Source: Eledone cirrhosa (taxonomy: Eukaryota). Taken from it: DNA of 64,000 nucleotides. Below the pieces are notes generated by a model. The model was given only the letters and a program-made list of their open reading frames with translations. It searched no databases and was not told where the DNA came from. The stretch lies in contig OZ024740.1 of the NCBI GenBank assembly GCA_964016885.1, positions 383,780,001 to 383,844,000 on the forward strand, read 5' to 3'. Of the stretch, positions 30,941 to 44,764 are shown one piece after another; the stretch's first letter is position 1, and every line of letters begins with the position of its first letter. Both the position numbers and the translations under genes were made by a program.

Positions 30941-31527
30941 CATTCATATGTATATACATATAAAAATGAGAAAACTCATCGCTAGAACAAACGTCAAATC
31001 AGCTAAATTGTGTCAAAGACAGCGATGGGTAAAAATGCCCCAGGGGAGAGAAGGAGCGACCTGTGGTTAACAGAGTTACAAATATCAAGGTGGGTGGCAG
31101 GCAGATAAAATATAGAAAAGATTGAAAGAGAAGGCGTACAAGGAGACGCGTTTCGCCACATAGAAGGAAATAAAGAAAGGCGATATACAAGTCAAGTTTA
31201 CACACATATTTCCACCTCATCACCTCTCAATCCAGCAATATGGTTTCGAACGATTTAATTGGGAGTAGCATTTTAAAATGCTTGATCCTGCAACAGAAAA
31301 ATTAATATTTCTGCCGGTATGATGTGTGTGATAATACAAATATCACAGGACGAAAGAAAACATAAAATAAAATAAAGAGATAGTGGACCTCGAGCCATGG
31401 TGTCTGCCCTACATAGAAAGCTAATCATAGCTATGCTAAAGGTAATAGCAAAAACAATGTTGACTCTGATCGAGACGAAGCGAGATTATATTTGAATACA
31501 TATAAAAACTGCATCTCTCTCTATTTA

Positions 31528-31614
<87 letters not shown>

Positions 31615-32569
31615 ATATATATGTATGTGGAATTGATTATTGAACAGTTGAATGTAGAAACGAAGAAATAAATACATAGTTCATCAAATTAAATATGTAC
31701 ACACCATAAGACGCTTCAGGTCCGAATATATAGGTGTGAATAGATTTCTCTGTTTATGCTGGTGTGCGTACATATATCGTAATAATCAACAAGTAATGGA
31801 ACATATAGTTATGGGTTTATGTGTTCTATATTTTATTATATAAATTGTATTACACAACGTTATTTGAGGTTACCACCTAGATTCATTCTCGTCTTATAAT
31901 TACCTATAGTTATGTTAAGTGTTATTTCAGGAATCCAGTTTCGTTAGATTATTATTGACGAAGAGCTTATAACCTAGTTAATGGAAAGTTAATTTTATTT
32001 ATTTTTAGAGTCGGAATGTAAATCACAGATCTAGGAGAAAGCCAGACCTTCATTCCCATATTGACTGACGTTGTTGTGGTCAGCTATAACTATTGATGAA
32101 CTCAGTCTTGAGATCACTCGAGAAAATGAAGGCAATCTACACTGGTATCTATTTCTATCGTCTAGCAATGGTCATAGCTCCATCTTTGATACCATTTCAG
32201 ATGTCTGATACGTTTTTCTGATATCATGCTAAGGATATCATTACGCATTAGTTGTTGATATCTATCGCTGTTTAATTTGTATAGATACTTAGTTTCTGTC
32301 CACCTCTATTTAGAGATAACGTACAATGTTCGTAATTTCTTGCAATCTATCGATCAGGTGTATGACGTCCCCATGAAAAACTGATCAAACGCAAATAAAA
32401 TCTCCGCTAAAATCTGAATCTTGCATGAAACCAGCTAGTAACATTAGCTAAAGCTGTGCAATGTCGATATTAGGTATTACCATTTCTCTTCCTCCCTCAG
32501 CCCCGCACTCTCTCTCCCTCTATCTCTCCGTTTCTCTTTCTCTCGCTCTCTCATTATACACACACACAC

Positions 32570-32611
<42 letters not shown>

Positions 32612-33585
32612 CTATATATATATATATACATCGCAATATATATGGTGATATAAACGCTGAAATTCGATTCTTAATATTTATAATTTCCGACAATTCTAGC
32701 TAGGCCATTATGTTGCTCCATTATAAGAAATTCAGATTTAATTTGATAACGTAAATTTGAGATTATCGTGCTGTGGAAGGAATGCAATTTCTTATCTTAC
32801 AAAAAAAAAGAAAATAATATTTTTCCTTTCACTGTAACTAACGCGCCGCAACTTTGGCATTTCACGCACATATGATACAATATCTTGGCTTATTCTCACC
32901 TTGGAAAACAAATATATTTTTTTCTCCGTTTTTCTTTTCTTCTATTCGTGAAATCGAATTTCTGATACATCTCCTTTGATTTATAAATTGAAAACGTGTA
33001 TAAATCAGTTGGCACTAGCATAAATGATTCACTTATCATTACGGACACGAATAGAATTATGAAATTGTGTAGAGTAGAATAGCTCAGCATAATTAATTAC
33101 CGAGACCGTGTGACAGTTTTTTAGTACAACTTCAAGATGAAGTTATCCTTAGTGCTCCTATTTAAATTGATATTTGTTCCCGTCGACTTTCTTAAGAGCT
33201 TTAGATTTCCAGCGTAGTAACAAATAGTAACACACCACATACATGTTCTTGTTCTCTTCTACTAGACTGAAGTTAACCGTCTTTAATCTAATCGAGATTA
33301 CAGCAGGATCGTAAGGAAAATTTAAATGTTTGCTCTTGATTTTACATCGTTGTATAAATTCTCGTTGATTTGTTTGAGATACATAGATTGTCATTGAATT
33401 AAGAAGCATACGCGATTGGGATTGATCAATGTTTTGGTTTAGTAAGCTCTTCAGATAATTTAGTCTACTATATGCATATATCTCATAATTAAGTACTTCT
33501 GCCTCTCTTAATCTGTGTATCTGATATCTAAGGTTTGTTGACGAGTGAGCCCCCCACCCCCTTGAAACATATATTATTTTGAGTT

Positions 33586-33772
33586 GCATTAGCAGCATCC
33601 GTAGAGAGTCAGACGCCATGCTTTGACGCATAGAGTTACGGCCCTTGCCATTCTGAGTTCAAATCTCGCCGAGGTTAACTTTACCTTTCATCCTTACGGG
33701 ATCGATAAAATAAAGTACCAGTAAGGCACTGGGTATTTGCTGGCATTGTGCCAAAAGTAGAAACAGTTATTT
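33586..33772 (+). mobile_element. tRNA-derived SINE
   Basis: B-box GAGTTCAAATCTCG; same core and tail as the other copies. Confidence 0.82.
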
Positions 33773-34664
33773 GGCGATATAATATTACAGTTGTTTAAAG
33801 TGTTCCTTTATATTACTAATCAGTGATTCGTAATATAAAAGGAAAACCTTTAGTAATCACAATGTGTTTTTCTTTCTTCAGCCACCATCGAAGTTTGAAA
33901 GCAAATTCAACTTGACTAAATATGGTCTCATAACATTGAAAGTATCTCTTGCCTTCCTGCAGATCAATTTGGTTGTCATAAGCGATAGAAAATAAATACA
34001 CGATTCTAGCAACAAAAGGAACGCAGCATGTACTTAATTGATCATATACAGTGTAGTTAGCTTCACACGTATTTTTCAATCAACGTTAGATAAACTTTCA
34101 TACAGAATTAATTCATTTCTATATTCGATGCTCCGGTAAATCATACACTATCATGTGTTAAATAATTTTCTTCGAAAACTTATTTCAAATCTAATAAAAC
34201 TAGAATTTGATCCTGGATATCGACTGGGCCATAAGTATATATGGCCCTATCTAAAGCAAATCAAAACTGATGGAGATACAACAATGTCAAAATCGTTATC
34301 TTTCTGCAATTGTTAAACTTAACTGTTCCGTCTGGGAGTTATAACCCCAATCACTTTGGGCGGCAAGGCTAGAATATATATATATTTTACATAACATTAA
34401 TTAATTCGCATGCTCTACTGCATGTTACGTACTGATCTTCAAAACATCGATGCTAAGAAACGAAACATAGGAATACATTAAATACGATACTATATCTATT
34501 CATCACCGTATTACATGAATTAATATTGATTTCTTTGAAATTTCTTTTGACGAGATAAAACGCCAACGCTTGTAAGTGATAGGTATTGTTCAACTGTATC
34601 GACAAACATTGTATTATTGGTAAAAGTATTTATCGATACCGGTCAGATTGAAAGCAGCCTATAC

Positions 34665-34802
<138 letters not shown>

Positions 34803-34870
34803 TATAGATATATATACATATATATATACATATATATATAAGCATATATATACATATACTTATATATATA

Positions 34871-36120
34871 CTAGCAGAAGTACCCGGCGTTGCCCGGGTG
34901 TAAGTCGTACTTTGGTCTGTTGTTAAAATGTTTGAAAGTTACTTCCCGCGCATCACAGGTGCAAAAACCTTCGAACCTCAAGGAAAAAAAACAGGTTAGT
35001 ATACGCAGGTGTGTAATTGAGCATAAATAATGGATCAATTGTAGGTTCACAGTGTATCGTTGAAATTGTTCTTTGCAAGACTGACGGAAGTAAAATTCAT
35101 TGAAATTGAATTTTCAGTTGATTTTTAAAGCAGGGTGAAAAAGTCGATTTTTTCAAATATTTTTTTTTTTTTACAATTTTGGCGCTCACGTGTGCAGAAG
35201 AAGAAATAAAAGGGACTTTATCTGAATCGCGACCTAATGGACGATTCATTTGCGACAGTTTTCACGAAAATCGGACGTTCCTGTAAAACATTATCCCATC
35301 TGCAACTTTGCCTTGTTTTTTGCGCAAAGTCGAACCCCGCTTCAGTTTTATTGATTTTTTACATGAACGCGTGACCTCTGAAGTAGATTTGAGTAGCTAA
35401 AGACCTGTCCCGGTAAATTTGCTATATGTGAAAAAAAGTTGATTAAAATTGCGTCTAGGGTTATTGCCCTTTGCAACAGCCTCAAGAACATGTAATTAAA
35501 AAGATTTACCATGGACTATCGTGCACGTTGGTCTTGTGTTTAGCCTGCGAAAATCTGTGATCAAATGAGGCAACAATAAGCCATACTGATGACGTTTAAG
35601 CGGGTGGCAAGGAATTGATGCGGCATAGATAGCCATGTGAGTCTTGAAGGAGCACGGCGGTCAGGCAAAAGAAAGGGCCGAGGATGGGATGGTGGCTGAC
35701 AGTGCATGGAGGCGGCATCCTGAGGCATGAACATGTAGTGGGGCGACGGCCAGCAGGCAAGGAAGAGGGCAGAGGTGCACGGTGGCAAGGATGCCGCATG
35801 GTGATCCATGGCAGTCTTGAAGGAGCACTGCGGGCAGGAAAAAGAAAGGGCTAAGGAAGGGATCGCGGCTGACAGAGCATTTATGCGGCATGGTGATGCA
35901 TGACGATGCCGTGGGACGACGGCGTGCAGGGAAGGGAGATGGCCGGGATTGACGGTTGCAGGGATTTTGCATGGTGAACCATGGCACTCGTGAAGGACCA
36001 AGTCGTGCGGGTAAGGGAGAGGGAAGGGGAGGGCATGGTGACTGACAGAGCATGGATGCGGCATGGTGAGGCATGACGATGCAGTGGGACGACATATATA
36101 TACACACACACACATATATA

Positions 36121-36152
<32 letters not shown>

Positions 36153-36436
36153 CATAACTATATATGTGTGTGTTTGTCTATGTATGTATTTTATCAGCAG
36201 GCAGGAGGTTTTGGCTGCGCCAGTGAGGTGGAAGAGAGGGAAAGAGAGTAAGTTAGAGTTGTCCTGATTTTTGCCTCTGGTGATCCAATTATCGATTTTT
36301 CGAAATTTTCAAGTAGCCCATTCCACTCTACGCGTTGAGTTTTATATATGTGTGAGGTTTCATGAAAATTGGATGAAAGGTGTAGCATGCAAGTTCGGTA
36401 CACCAAACAACGCCCAACTTCACTTTATATATAAGA
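34871..36436 (-). mobile_element. Non-autonomous Helitron
   Basis: Minus strand begins TC(TTATATATAAAG), ends with hairpin CCCGGGCAACGCCGGG then TACTTCTG CTAG; inserted between A and T with no TSD. Confidence 0.85.
35600..36095. repeat. GC-rich ~175-bp diverged tandem repeat inside the Helitron
   Basis: TGAAGGA(G)CA..GCGG..AGG..AAGGG..CTGACAG.GCATG blocks recur near 35640, 35815 and 35990. Confidence 0.75.
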
Positions 36437-36457
36437 TATACATATATATATATATAA

Positions 36458-36526
<69 letters not shown>

Positions 36527-36683
36527 AAAGAATAGAGGTGTAACACACAAGTTATTATATATTGGTAAACGGAATAGAAAATGCTGACAAATTGTTCACA
36601 GTTGAAAAATGGTTTAATTAGGAATAAAAGAGTATTAGTGATTGTATGGGTTAGTATTCAGTTGTGGTTTTAAGTTTTTAAGT

Positions 36684-36720
36684 TTTTACCGGTTGCGCAT
36701 TTCTAAATGCTTTTCAAAAA
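36684..36720 (-). ncRNA. Minimal HHR-like motif, U3:A8 core, GAAA>GCAA
   Basis: Minus strand: TTT TTGAAAA GCATTT ag AAATGC GCAA CCGG TA AAA. Confidence 0.6.
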
Positions 36721-36909
36721 TAATTTTGAGATAGAGTGTCCGTGCTGTTTGCTCTGATCTGATTAGTTTTGGGAATTCTACCTGTTTTTATGTTAAAAAA
36801 GTGGCTCCAGCAAAAATTCTTGGTCAAAACAATTTTGATTGGTCGGTAGAGGTCATGTGAATAAAAAATTGTTTTGCGCCAAGATTGAGAAATGACTCTT
36901 TCACAACAA

Positions 36910-36956
<47 letters not shown>

Positions 36957-37506
36957 GTGTGTGTGTGTGTGTGTGTGTATAGCAGAGTAATTTGTGGTGG
37001 CAGGGATGGTCAGTAAGAATGTGTCTGAAAGCAATGGGGGGTATTTTAGCATGTCAAAAGATATTTTTCAGCTTTTGTCTTATACGGAGTAGTGCGTGTG
37101 TGTGTTTGTGTGTGTATATAAGTCTCTTTGTATGTTGATGTACGCGTGTGTATGTGTTTGTGTATATATATATGTGTGTGGGGGGGGACCAGTATTTGTT
37201 CCCCCCTGGTAAAAGGGTGTACTTTATTCGATTTTTTCAGTAAAATCGGTTCTCTTAATAGAACATCAAAAGTCTTAACAATAAAAGGTGTGAAATGATA
37301 TTCACTATATATATATACACATACATATATTCACTACATATATATATATATATACATAGATATATACATACATATATATGCACATATATTTCTTTGTATT
37401 GCACCATAGAGCATGTGTGTTTACGTGTGTCATTGTGTTTATATGTGGGTAGAGATGTGTGCTGATGTAGGTATGTATGTTGACGTGTGTATGTTGTGGG
37501 TTCGTC

Positions 37507-38088
37507 TTAGGGAGAAGTGTTTAGACGGGGTCCGTATTTGTTAATGAAGTAAGATTCCTTGCTGATGCGCTGGATGTGGGTGGCATTATCTGTAAATTTG
37601 TAGAGGGGAAAGATTCTGAAGTTGGGATGATTTCGGGCGGCACAGGTATCAATGCCTTCACTCAGTGGTATTTTCCTGTATTCCCGTATTTTAATTTGGG
37701 ATCTATGGACAGTCATGCGTTGGTGGAGGCTGTTTTTGGTCTGGCCTATGTATTGTTCTCGACAACCTGAACAAGTTAATACATATATTAGATTTTCCGA
37801 TGCACATGTGAAATTGTGTTTTAATATAAAACGTTGTCCATCTTTGACATAGAATTCCGAACCCTCTATTAGGTTGATGCAAATGCCACAGTTGGGTCTA
37901 TCGCATTTTTTTACTGTGGGTTTCGTTGTTGTGGTTGGCAGTACTTTGGCATGTGTTAACATGTTTTTCATTGACTTGGATTGTCTTTTGCTCTTTATGA
38001 TATCGTGTGTTCGTAGAATTTGGTTCATTCTATGGTCCTTTTTCAATACAGGGATGTTCTGCAGGATGGTGTCAAAGGCCTCATTGTT
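37507..38088 (-). pseudogene. PLE C-terminal fragment: Cys linker + GIY-YIG endonuclease (Neptune/Nematis-like)
   Basis: KKCDRPNCGIC, FTCASENLIYVLTCSGCREQYIGQT..QRMTVHR, R..KESYFI..LN. Confidence 0.9.
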
Positions 38089-38701
38089 GATAATGCCACC
38101 CACACCCAGCGCATCAGCAAGGAATCTTACTTCATTAACAAATACGGACCCCGTTTAACACTTCTCCCTAAGACGAACCCACAACATACACACGTCAACA
38201 TACATACCTACATCAGCACACATCTCTACCCACATATAAACACAATGACACACGTAAACACACATGCTCTATGGTGCAATACAAAGAAATATATGTGCAT
38301 ATATATGTATGTATATATCTATGTATATATATATATGTAGTGAATATATGTATATGTATATATATATGGTGAATATCATTTCACACCTTTTATTGTTATG
38401 ACTTTTGATGTTCTATTAAGAGAACCGATTTTACTGAAAAAATCGAATAATGTACACCATTTTACCAGGGGGGGAAAAAATACTGGTCCACCCACACACA
38501 CACACACACACACATATATACACAAACACATACACACGCGTACATCAACATACAAAGAGACTTATATACACACACACACACACACACGCACTTCTCCGTA
38601 TAAGACTAAAGCTGAAAAATATATTTTGACATGCTAAAATATCCTCCATTGCTTTCAGACACATTCTTACTGACCATCCCTGCCACCACAAATTACTCTG
38701 C

Positions 38702-38744
<43 letters not shown>

Positions 38745-39008
38745 ATCTTTTGACATGCTAAAATACCCACCATTGCTTTCAGACACATTCTTACTGACCA
38801 TCCCTGCCACCACGAATCACTCTGCTATACACACACACACACACACATACACATGCACACACACACACACTTATCTTAATAGCCATTTGACACACATCGC
38901 TGCTGGCCATTGTCGCAGCATCGAACACCTTACTACTACTACTACACACACACACACACAAACACATACACACACACACACACATACACACATACACACA
39001 CACACAAA

Positions 39009-39085
<77 letters not shown>

Positions 39086-39413
39086 ACACACACACATATT
39101 TGTTGTGAAAGAGTCATTTCTCAATCTTGACGCAAAACCAATTTTTTATTCACATGACCTCTACCGACCAATCAAAATTGTGTTGACCACGAATTTTTGC
39201 TAGAGCCACTTTTTGAACATAAAAACATTCTTGGCGCAACATCAACTTTTTACATTAACATGTCCTCTACCGACCAATCAAAATTGTTTTGACCACAAGA
39301 ATTTTTGCAACACAAAAATAACGCTGGAGCCACTTTTTTAACATAAAAACAGGTAGAATTCCCAAAACTAATCAGATCAGAGCAAACAGCACGGACACTC
39401 TATCTCAAAATTA

Positions 39414-39450
39414 TTTTTGAAAAGCATTTAGAAATGCGCAACCGGTAAAA
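39414..39450 (+). ncRNA. Minimal HHR-like motif, inverted copy of 36684-36720
   Basis: TTT TTGAAAA GCATTT ag AAATGC GCAA CCGG TA AAA. Confidence 0.6.
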
Positions 39451-39576
39451 ACTTTAAAACTTAAAACCACAACTGAATACTAACCCATACAATCACTAAT
39501 ACTCTTGTATTCCTAATTAAATCATTTTTCAACTGTGAACAATTTGTCAGCATTTTCTATTCCGTTTACCAATATA

Positions 39577-40303
<727 letters not shown>

Positions 40304-41181
40304 ACATTATATTATATTCATAAAAGCAGAGGCGCTAAAAATGACACTCACTCATACACCCACTCACATGCAAACATATGTATATAGGTGTGTTTTAGTA
40401 TAAATATGTGTTTATGTGTGTATATATATATGAGTTTAGTAGCGTTTGTATAAGTATAGATAGGTATACTTCCTAAAAAGTAAGTATTCAATGAAAAGCA
40501 CTAACCATTTACTCTGAGAGATAATGAATGTGTCTATGTGTATGTGTTAGTGTGAGTTTTTGTATATGAATGCTTGTGTATACGAATGTGTCTGTATATG
40601 TATGTGAGTGTGTATGCATGTGTGTTTGATTGTTGCGAGTGTATGAAGGTGATATAAAGGCGCTATGACAGGGAAATATTTCAAAATGAAACCTTTTAGT
40701 TGAAAATCATATTGTCTGAGTAGATTCGTGTTAAAGCTGAGGGAATGAAATTGAAAAAAATTAAACGTCATCAAAATGCTACAATGGCGGACATAGACAA
40801 ACAGCTTTCAGTTGCCGATAACTAAATCAGTAGGTCCTCGGACAAAATCCATTGTGGTATTCGGAATTTAAATCATATCCTACTCTCACGCTGGCTTTGC
40901 TTTTCATCTTTTCTAGGATCTAACAAATACGTATATTATCATCCCTTTGTTCTTTTATACATCTCAGTAATTTGACTGAGTCTGTGCTGGGGCAGCGCTT
41001 TGAAATATTTAATCGAATATACTGACTCTGTCCTTCATTTTCTGAAGCATTGTACTCGTTTTACCGTATTAATTAAACGCCTAAGATACAGGATATAAAC
41101 AGCAAACCATAACACACTCCCACAAACACACACACACACACACACACACATAACCACACCCACACCCACACACACACACAC

Positions 41182-41215
<34 letters not shown>

Positions 41216-41479
41216 TTGCAAAACTGTCCAAATAGAAAGACACACTCTTGTTCTGCCATGTCTCGTCTCCACAATGTTGTGTTATGCCTCATTTGCATAT
41301 TTCTGACGGGTTTTTCACAACCATCATCCAGCTTCGGCTCACTATTTTACAATATCCGCTTATGCACGAAATTTCAATGCACAGGGACTGGCTAATGAGC
41401 TAGGTAGTTGGTTGTATTAAATCGCCTCAAATATGTCATTTTCTTTTGTGTTTACAATTATGTGTATATATATATATAT

Positions 41480-42604
41480 ACGATATTAATAAATGGAAAC
41501 TATATTTATAAAACCATATTTATTTCATTATATATATTTGAAGGATACCAAGTTACATTATGGTATGCCTTCATCAGACAAAATACAATATATAACAGTT
41601 TTATAAATAGACATTGACGTACCCCTTTAAAAATTGACCGTTGTTTTTGGAGGCCATCAGGATAGTGATTTGTTTACTTTAGTAAGTCATAGTGTTAAGA
41701 GTAAGTACAAAGATGGAGAGAGAGAGAGAAACGTGGAGAAACGAAAGGGAGATATAGATAAAGAAAAAGAAGAAAGCAAAAAGAAAATAGAACAGAAGAA
41801 AAATAACGGAGAGATATCAAACCATCAGACAGAGAAAAAATCCAGAGAGAGATATATAGAGATAGAGAGAGGGGGGAGAGAACGAAAACCTTAAGTTATG
41901 TCATATTAAGTTGAGTTAACAATTGGGTGAGTGTGTGTGTATATAAATATATTTATGTACCTTTGCCTATGTGTATGTAATATGCGATAGATAATCTCTC
42001 TAGCAATATATATATTTTATAATGTTTAAATTCCAATTTTTTAATAATTTTAAACTAAATATCTAATCATAATTAAATAATGTGTAATTTCTCATATTAT
42101 ATATCTATATTCCATTCATGAATATTAATATTTCTAATTTTATTGATGCTTTTCATCCCAATTGTTAACTCAACTTAATATGACATAACTTAAGGTGTTC
42201 GTTCTCTCCCTCCTCTCTCTATCTCTATATATCTCTCTCTGGATTTTTTCTCTGCCTGATGGTTTGATATCTCCGTTATTTTTCCTCTGTTCTCTTTTCT
42301 TTTTGCTTTCTTCTTTTTCTTTATCTATCTCTCCCTTTCTTTTCTCCACGTTTCTCTCTCTCTCTCCATCTTTTTACTTACTCTTAACACTATGACTTAC
42401 TAAATTAAACAAATCACTATCCTGATGGCCTCCAAAAACAACGGTCAATTTTTAAAGGGGTACGTCAATGTCTATTTATAAAACTGTTATTTATTGTATG
42501 TTGTCTGATGAAGGCATACCATAATGTAACTTGATATCCTTGAAATATATATAATGAAATAAATAGGGTTTTATAAATATAGTTTCCATTTATTAATATC
42601 GTAT
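41480..42604. mobile_element. ~450-bp inverted-arm element (PLE terminal-repeat-like) with an HHR in each arm
   Basis: 41480-41927 is the reverse complement of 42157-42604; a related fragment lies at 30711-30800. Confidence 0.85.
42499..42559 (+). ncRNA. Hammerhead-like motif (mirror copy 41523-41583, minus)
   Basis: TTGT CTGATGA AGG c ATACCA taatgtaact T(G/A)TAT CCT t GAAA TATATA TA ATGAAA. Confidence 0.62.
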
Positions 42605-42688
42605 ATCTACTCCAAATATTTGTCGAGTGCTTTATATCAGTTATATAAATATTTGCTTGTTGTATCCCAACAATTTAAATAAAACTTT

Positions 42689-42725
<37 letters not shown>

Positions 42726-42729
<4 letters not shown>

Positions 42730-43066
42730 GTAATCTGAGTTTTTCGAATATTATTAATAACATTCGATTCGTTTGCAATTATGCAAACAAGCATCAATTG
42801 TATAGCCATGTCAGTAGAATGAACACTTCATTCTTGCTCTTGTGTTGGCATTTAAACAGAACTGTAGACACTAATTGCAGAAACATTAGTGTCTGCAATT
42901 CTGTTTACATACCAACACAAGAGCAAGAATGAAGTGTTCATTCTACTGACATGGCTATACAATTGAGGCTCGTTTGCATAATTGCAAACGAATCGAATGT
43001 TATTAATAATATTCGAAAAACTCAGATTACATTTATTGTATTCAGCCATGTAGAGCGAAATTTTCT

Positions 43067-43068
<2 letters not shown>
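42726..43068. repeat. ~155-bp-arm palindrome plus ~35-nt tail in (TA)n
   Basis: 42726-42878 is the reverse complement of ~42886-43034; nested hairpins within the arms. Confidence 0.88.
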
Positions 43069-43105
<37 letters not shown>

Positions 43106-43115
43106 AGTGTGTATG

Positions 43116-43226
<111 letters not shown>

Positions 43227-43235
43227 CACTAAAAG

Positions 43236-43316
43236 GGTCTGACGAGCCGTGGATTATAGAGTCGGGCTAGATACGGATCGAACCTTGAGCTGAGCAGTGG
43301 CGAAACACGCGTCACC
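43236..43316 (+). ncRNA. Hammerhead ribozyme with large loop II
   Basis: GGT CTGACGA GCC(GT)..~45 nt..(GT)GGC GAAA C acgc G TC ACC. Confidence 0.7.
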
Positions 43317-43380
43317 AACCAATTAGCGTAATGAAGGAGCAAACCACTCGTCCTTGTTTTGTTTTATTATATATATAATA

Positions 43381-43517
43381 GTTACGTCCCTTAACGATCT
43401 GAGTTCAAATCCCGCTATGGTTGACTTTGCCTTTCATCCTTACGGGGTCGATAAAATAAAGTACCAGTAATGCACTGGGTAATTGCTGGCCTTGTGCCAA
43501 AAAGTAGAAACAATTAT
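43381..43517 (+). mobile_element. 5'-truncated tRNA-derived SINE
   Basis: GAGTTCAAATCCCGC, shared core and tail. Confidence 0.8.
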
Positions 43518-43638
43518 ATATATATATATATGTATATATGGGGAGAGAGAGAGAGAGAGAGGGGTAGCTTTCTATGTTTTAGTTGGTATTTCTTAAATAT
43601 TGCGTATTTAAGGTTCGACTTTGTACCGAGTCAGCGTT

Positions 43639-43730
43639 TATATGCAAGTATATATGTATATATGCAAGTATATATGTATATATGCAAGTATATATGTATA
43701 TATGCAAGTATATATGTATATATGCATATA
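43639..43730. repeat. 20-bp minisatellite (TATGCAAGTATATATGTATA), ~4.5 copies
   Basis: Read directly. Confidence 0.95.
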
Positions 43731-44489
43731 TGCTATATTCTGGTCGAGTTATATTTTGGCGCGAATTCCATTGTTTGAATTCAACCACAATATCACGTGT
43801 TCTTGTCTCAATATAGAGGTCTTTCTCTGTGTTCATGAGTGCTTAAGTGTAAGGTTAGCATAAACTTCTAGATTCATTATCGAAGCGCTAAGCACTACCA
43901 CGCACAACAAATAGGCCAAACTATTGACATGGGTCACTCTGCGTCTTCATAATTGGTACACTTAGAACGACTGATCGAATCGAATTGACATTGGGCAAAA
44001 CAATGGAAGTGCCAAGAGCCAAAACATCAAAAGTAGCAGCAGAACGATTTTACAATATTAGCTGCAGCAACTTCAAGAGAATCAGTCACCACAACCACAG
44101 TGACAACAATGACTGCAATTGAATTGATACGTTTGATTTTATATCATCTAAAGACACACCAACTTATAATTCTTTTTATTTGAATTTTCTTGTCAGTAGA
44201 GTCAATTAAATCCATGACTGGTTTGATAAGCAACGCGATTGTGTTGTCGTTTTGTTTTTTAATCTACGTAATAAATATTAGTAAAATTGAAAAGTTTTTT
44301 TTTATGTATATCTATACATATATATAAAACTGTAGTTGTATGTGTGTGTGTGTGTGTGTGTCCTCATTTTTGCAAAGTCTATACAAATCCACATTTCTAC
44401 TCCGATTGACTTCAAACTTGCTCGCAGCTTTTATTTTTCAATTTTCTGTTGTTAAATGGGTGTTATGCGCCGGTTATCGATCTCCGACG

Positions 44490-44718
44490 CGCCCTTATAA
44501 TTGTTTCTACTTTTTGGCACAAGGCCAGCAATTATCACAGTAAATTACTGGTACTTTATTTTATCGACCCCGTAAGGATGAAAGGGAAAGTTAACCTCGG
44601 CGGCAATTGAACTCAGATCGTAAAGAGACGTAACTGGACGTAACAGTATACTGCAAAGCATAATCTGACCCTCTACCGATACTGCCAATTCACCGCCCCT
44701 TCATCACGCCCTTATAAT
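44490..44718 (-). mobile_element. Full-length tRNA-derived SINE with 12-bp target-site duplication
   Basis: CGCCCTTATAAT at 44490-44501 and 44707-44718; minus strand GGGCGGTGAATTGGCAGTATCGG (A box) and GAGTTCAATTGCC (B box). Confidence 0.85.
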
Positions 44719-44764
44719 ATCTGTCTGTATGCCTGGTTGTCTGCATTACGACATTCTGAGGAAC

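Larger units (their letters stand above)
36558..39575. mobile_element. 5'-truncated PLE (minus, ~36558-38088) fused to an inverted copy of its 3' region (plus, ~38089-39575)
   Basis: 36558-37590 is the reverse complement of 38089-39575, with local duplications in the right arm. Confidence 0.9.

Noticed and set aside
31140-31200. Minus-strand GCC..GGC GAAACGCGTC half-hammerhead
   Set aside because: No recognisable CUGANGA box or stem I; at best a decayed relic.
33158-33631. 157-aa minus ORF
   Set aside because: Starts inside a SINE and shows no recognisable domain.
43639-43730. Regular short repeats, CRISPR-like at first glance
   Set aside because: Contiguous minisatellite with no spacers, in a eukaryotic context.
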